Shown here piece by piece: positions 62,596-64,000 of a stretch of DNA of 64,000 bases; within the stretch, counting starts at the first letter, position 1, and each line of letters begins with the position of its first letter. The notes beneath the pieces were generated by a model. The model saw only the letters and a list, made by a program, of their open reading frames with translations. It made no database searches and was not told the origin of the DNA. This DNA is from Bdellovibrionales bacterium (GTDB taxonomy: Bacteria; Bdellovibrionota; Bdellovibrionia; Bdellovibrionales; UBA1609): assembly GCA_965261545.1 (NCBI GenBank), contig CBDHDF010000011.1:160001-224000 (forward strand). Direction: 5' to 3'. Position numbers and translations under genes: made by a program.

Positions 62596-63000
62596 CTAGG
62601 CAATTTCCACCATGGTTTCATAGTTTGTAGGGTCTATCGTACTTTTGGCCATAGAAGCCCAGACCGGTGACAACGGCGATAGATCGATGTAAACATCTGA
62701 GTTATCATAAAAATCCCACTCAAGGCGGATCAAACCCACATTAAGATCGTGCAAAAGGTAACCAACGCCCACTTTTTCTAAATCCTTTTTTTTGAGATCC
62801 TCATAAAATATGTTGTAGTCATGACCTTTGAGAATATTTTCTTCAACCTCAAGGATATAGTTTGAATCTCCATGTCCTTGGATTTTGATTTCACAAAATT
62901 CAGATTCTTCATCATAGTGAACATATCCTAATTTTCTGATTCTTTTCACTTTCCCATCTTTATTTCTTTGACCTTTAAAGATATTGAATACATTTACCAT
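62596..63000 (-). CDS. Hypothetical protein (start probably MVNV)
   Basis: GGAGGG RBS. Confidence 0.65.
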   Translation of the reverse strand: MVNVFNIFKGQRNKDGKVKRIRKLGYVHYDEESEFCEIKIQGHGDSNYILEVEENILKGHDYNIFYEDLKKKDLEKVGVGYLLHDLNVGLIRLEWDFYDNSDVYIDLSPLSPVWASMAKSTIDPTNYETMVEIA

Positions 63001-63269
63001 GAATAATTCCCTCCAAATATTTTTCCAAAAGAGTTCTTTGTAGGTCCTGAAAAAATTGGATGACCTAAACATCCGAACTTTATTTTCAATGACCCTCTTC
63101 TTAAAATCTTAGAAGCTTTCCTAGGTGTGACACCTAGGCTTATTGAAATTTCAGCTAAAGAACAATTCTTCCAAAATCGGAGAAAAATAGCCTTACGCTG
63201 TTGATAAGGCAGCTTTTTCACAAGCGACCTTACAATCAAATCATCTGCAATCAGAAATTTATCTTTCAT
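62994..63269 (-). CDS. Sigma-70 region-4 HTH protein
   Basis: LPYQQRKAIFLRFW...SLAEISISLGV. Confidence 0.75.
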   Translation of the reverse strand: MKDKFLIADDLIVRSLVKKLPYQQRKAIFLRFWKNCSLAEISISLGVTPRKASKILRRGSLKIKFGCLGHPIFSGPTKNSFGKIFGGNYSW

Positions 63270-63306
63270 AAGCTTATGACCTCCATCATATAAAAAAGAA
63301 CATGGT

Positions 63307-63813
63307 TTAAAGATTTATACATTTTTTGATTGATTCCTGTTTTTTGGTTATAGTTCCTTCCAAGCCTCGACTTCTCCTTGCAACTTCTTGTAACAAGAGC
63401 TTAGAAATTCTTTTCAGTGCACGGTCTTTTGTGGACTGTATGGCCATTCGTGTGACACAAAGTTTTTTCGCTATTTCGCTTAAATTTAGATCTTCCCAAA
63501 AAAGATAATTCAATACTTGCCTCTGATGGTCTGAGAGATTCTTGAAAATCTCTTGGAAGGCAGCTTCTAGGAATTTAAAATTCTTTTTATTTGAAGCCGA
63601 TGGGAATATGCTCTCATAATCTTTTTGAGAAATATTCTCCACAAGACTTGCTTCCTCCATGAGATTCTCTGTACGCTGCACATCCACAGTGGTTGAGAAA
63701 TATTCTTCCCACTCATCCATGGACCAATCATGACATATCTCTGATATTTCCTTATCAGACCTCAATTGACTCTTACCATTCATCCAAGGTTTATTTATCT
63801 TGTTCTTCTTCAT
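63307..63813 (-). CDS. Sigma-70 region-4 HTH protein
   Basis: LSDHQRQVL...LNLSEIAKKL...RALKRI. Confidence 0.75.
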   Translation of the reverse strand: MKKNKINKPWMNGKSQLRSDKEISEICHDWSMDEWEEYFSTTVDVQRTENLMEEASLVENISQKDYESIFPSASNKKNFKFLEAAFQEIFKNLSDHQRQVLNYLFWEDLNLSEIAKKLCVTRMAIQSTKDRALKRISKLLLQEVARRSRGLEGTITKKQESIKKCINL

Positions 63814-64000
63814 TGCAATCTCCACATCATGCCTCCAGTGTATGAAGGGTTAAGGTTTAGTTTTTTTGCGTTTTCCTCCTTTCTCTTTTTTGCCTTTTTT
63901 CTTCAGGACCCTGCTTCGCTCACTGGTGATTCCTGGTTTCCACTCATCCACCACTCAACCCATTGGCCCGTCATGTTTTGGGGGCTCCAAAGAGGTCGAT

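Larger units (their letters stand above)
39069..64000 (-). mobile_element. Integrative conjugative element at tRNA-Leu (far end outside window)
   Basis: Integrase abuts the tRNA 3' end; co-oriented T4SS, ATPase and relaxase-like genes follow. Confidence 0.8.

Overview
The window has two parts. (1) Positions 1-38.6 kb are an extremely IS-dense region: roughly 80% mobile DNA, with near-identical copies and mostly intact target duplications. It holds an ISNCY (ISDol1-like) element, two IS4-family, two IS21-family and an IS1634-family element, an ISKra4-like fragment with its MITE, and a 2.46-kb large-serine-recombinase (LSR) element. These are nested up to three deep among a few host genes: lipoproteins, tandem HEXXH metallopeptidases, a Fic protein and two IS-broken genes. 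(2) From a tRNA-Leu(CAA) at 38982 to beyond the window end lies an integrative conjugative element (ICE). It carries a tyrosine integrase, a Mom-like DNA-modification gene, a Replic_Relax-type protein, an FtsK/TcpA-type ATPase and a VirB2-B10-like T4SS, and has been hit by an IS21 and a second IS1634. The host looks Bdellovibrionota-like (inference from gene style only). Best candidate for a new system: joining the two ends of the LSR element builds a symmetric 48-bp attP and also supplies the RBS and ATG for a 124-aa gene that is headless in the integrated state. Other notable signals: a covarying DnaA-box hairpin shared by two IS21 elements, tandem tRNA 5'-half repeats, an IS4 carrying a slippage-split SEC-C passenger gene, and an unusual ICE transfer module. 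Family assignments come from motif recognition, not database searches.
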